This document shows, one piece after another, positions 63,106-64,000 of a DNA stretch of 64,000 nucleotides (positions are counted from its first letter, which is position 1; each line of letters begins with the position of its first letter). Position numbers and translations under genes: made by a program. The stretch comes from Anaeramoeba ignava BMAN (Eukaryota; Protista; Anaeramoebae). A model generated the notes under the pieces. It had not been told where the DNA came from. It did no database searches and saw only the letters and a list, made by a program, of their open reading frames with translations. The stretch is taken from assembly GCA_028826165.1 (NCBI GenBank), contig JAPDFW010000019.1, positions 14,017-78,016 of the forward strand, written 5' to 3'.

Positions 63106-64000
63106 TAAAAAGGAGAAAAGTGGAAAATTTTTGTCTTTTCTTAATTAAAAATAAAAATAATTTTCATTTTCTTTCCAATCAAAAACAAAAACAAAAATGA
63201 GTGAACAAAAATTAACGAGCAGACATATAAGAAAATGGTTGAATTATTGAACTCAGCCGAATTAGGAAAAAGCGGTAATGGTAGTTAAAGTGATACAAAA
63301 AATTTGGACAATCGTAGCGTGAGATGATGTCCCATCAGAATTTGGGACGAAGAAAAAGAAGGAATGATTTGGTTGATTGAATGATTATTCATGATAAAAA
63401 CCCGTCACATGGCGAAATTAAATCCGCATTTGAATTTTGAACAAAAACGGTCAAGAAGAACTGGCTCAAAGCTTTGCCTCAAATTTTCAAGAATCAATGG
63501 CTGTCGGAAACACTTTGGGGAATGGAACCAATAACCTGTCGTAGAGAAGTTGTCCCTTGCACTGGTGTGATGACATGATGGTGATGATGATGGTGATGAT
63601 GATGAAGACACGATTTTTCTTTTTCTTTTTCTTTTTCTTTTCTTTTCTTGATTGTGCCTTATTTTCTAATCTCTAAAATTCAAATTAAACCCAGTTTTGA
63701 CCGGAAGTTCAAAATCATTTTCAAATTCATTTATAAAATCAAAATTTAAATCAAATTACAAAATTTGAAATTAAAATTTTAAAATTAAAATTAAAATTAA
63801 AATTAAAAATTAAAATCAAAATTAAACAAAATTAAAAATCAAAATTAAAATCAAAAATTAAAATTTAAACAAAATTAAAATTAAAATCAAATTAAAACAA
63901 AATTAAAATTTAAAACAAACTTCAAAATTAATTGTTCTCTAAAATTAAAATCAAAAATTAAAAAGGAACCCCTCTGAATTTCAACCCTGACACGACGAAG

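Noticed and set aside
63198-63611. Possible gene starting ATG 63198 (MSEQKLTSRHIRKW..) after a TCATTTT motif
   Set aside because: Stops and frameshifts occur in all frames in an apparently low-quality region, and no domain is recognisable.
1-64000. Inteins, tRNA/rRNA genes, transposase or reverse transcriptase (DGR) genes
   Set aside because: No Hint-domain C..HN motifs, structured RNA signatures or RT/transposase motifs were recognisable by eye. No template-repeat/variable-repeat pair was seen for the TLDc genes.

Overview
Very AT-rich, gene-dense eukaryotic DNA with spliceosomal GT-AG introns. The gene families and composition suggest an anaerobic protist, possibly Anaeramoeba-like (inference only). 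About 17 genes: three BTB-(BACK)-TLDc paralogs, a divergent actin, a MyTH4-RhoGAP, a LIM/coiled-coil protein, RRP41, a 2222-aa ankyrin-BTB-BTB protein, a vWA protein, a TBC Rab-GAP, a choline/ethanolamine phosphotransferase, an IQ-DH-PH RhoGEF, a beta-helix/multi-TM surface protein, a DCN1-like protein, two coiled-coil/low-complexity genes and a frameshifted USP deubiquitinase. Many introns are filled with intron-specific microsatellites, and there are three intergenic satellites of about 140-165 bp. Scattered homopolymer frameshifts suggest long-read errors. Main finding: at 53602-57389, inside a variable loop of a TLDc domain, about 20 near-identical ~176-nt GT-AG introns are tandemly repeated and separated by variable 3-nt micro-exons. 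In 16 of the 17 clean micro-exons the middle base is T. In phase 1 this makes every junction codon NNT, so any inclusion/skipping combination stays in frame and stop-free. This is a candidate splicing-based combinatorial diversity generator in a cullin-3 adaptor family. RNA-seq is needed to confirm it.
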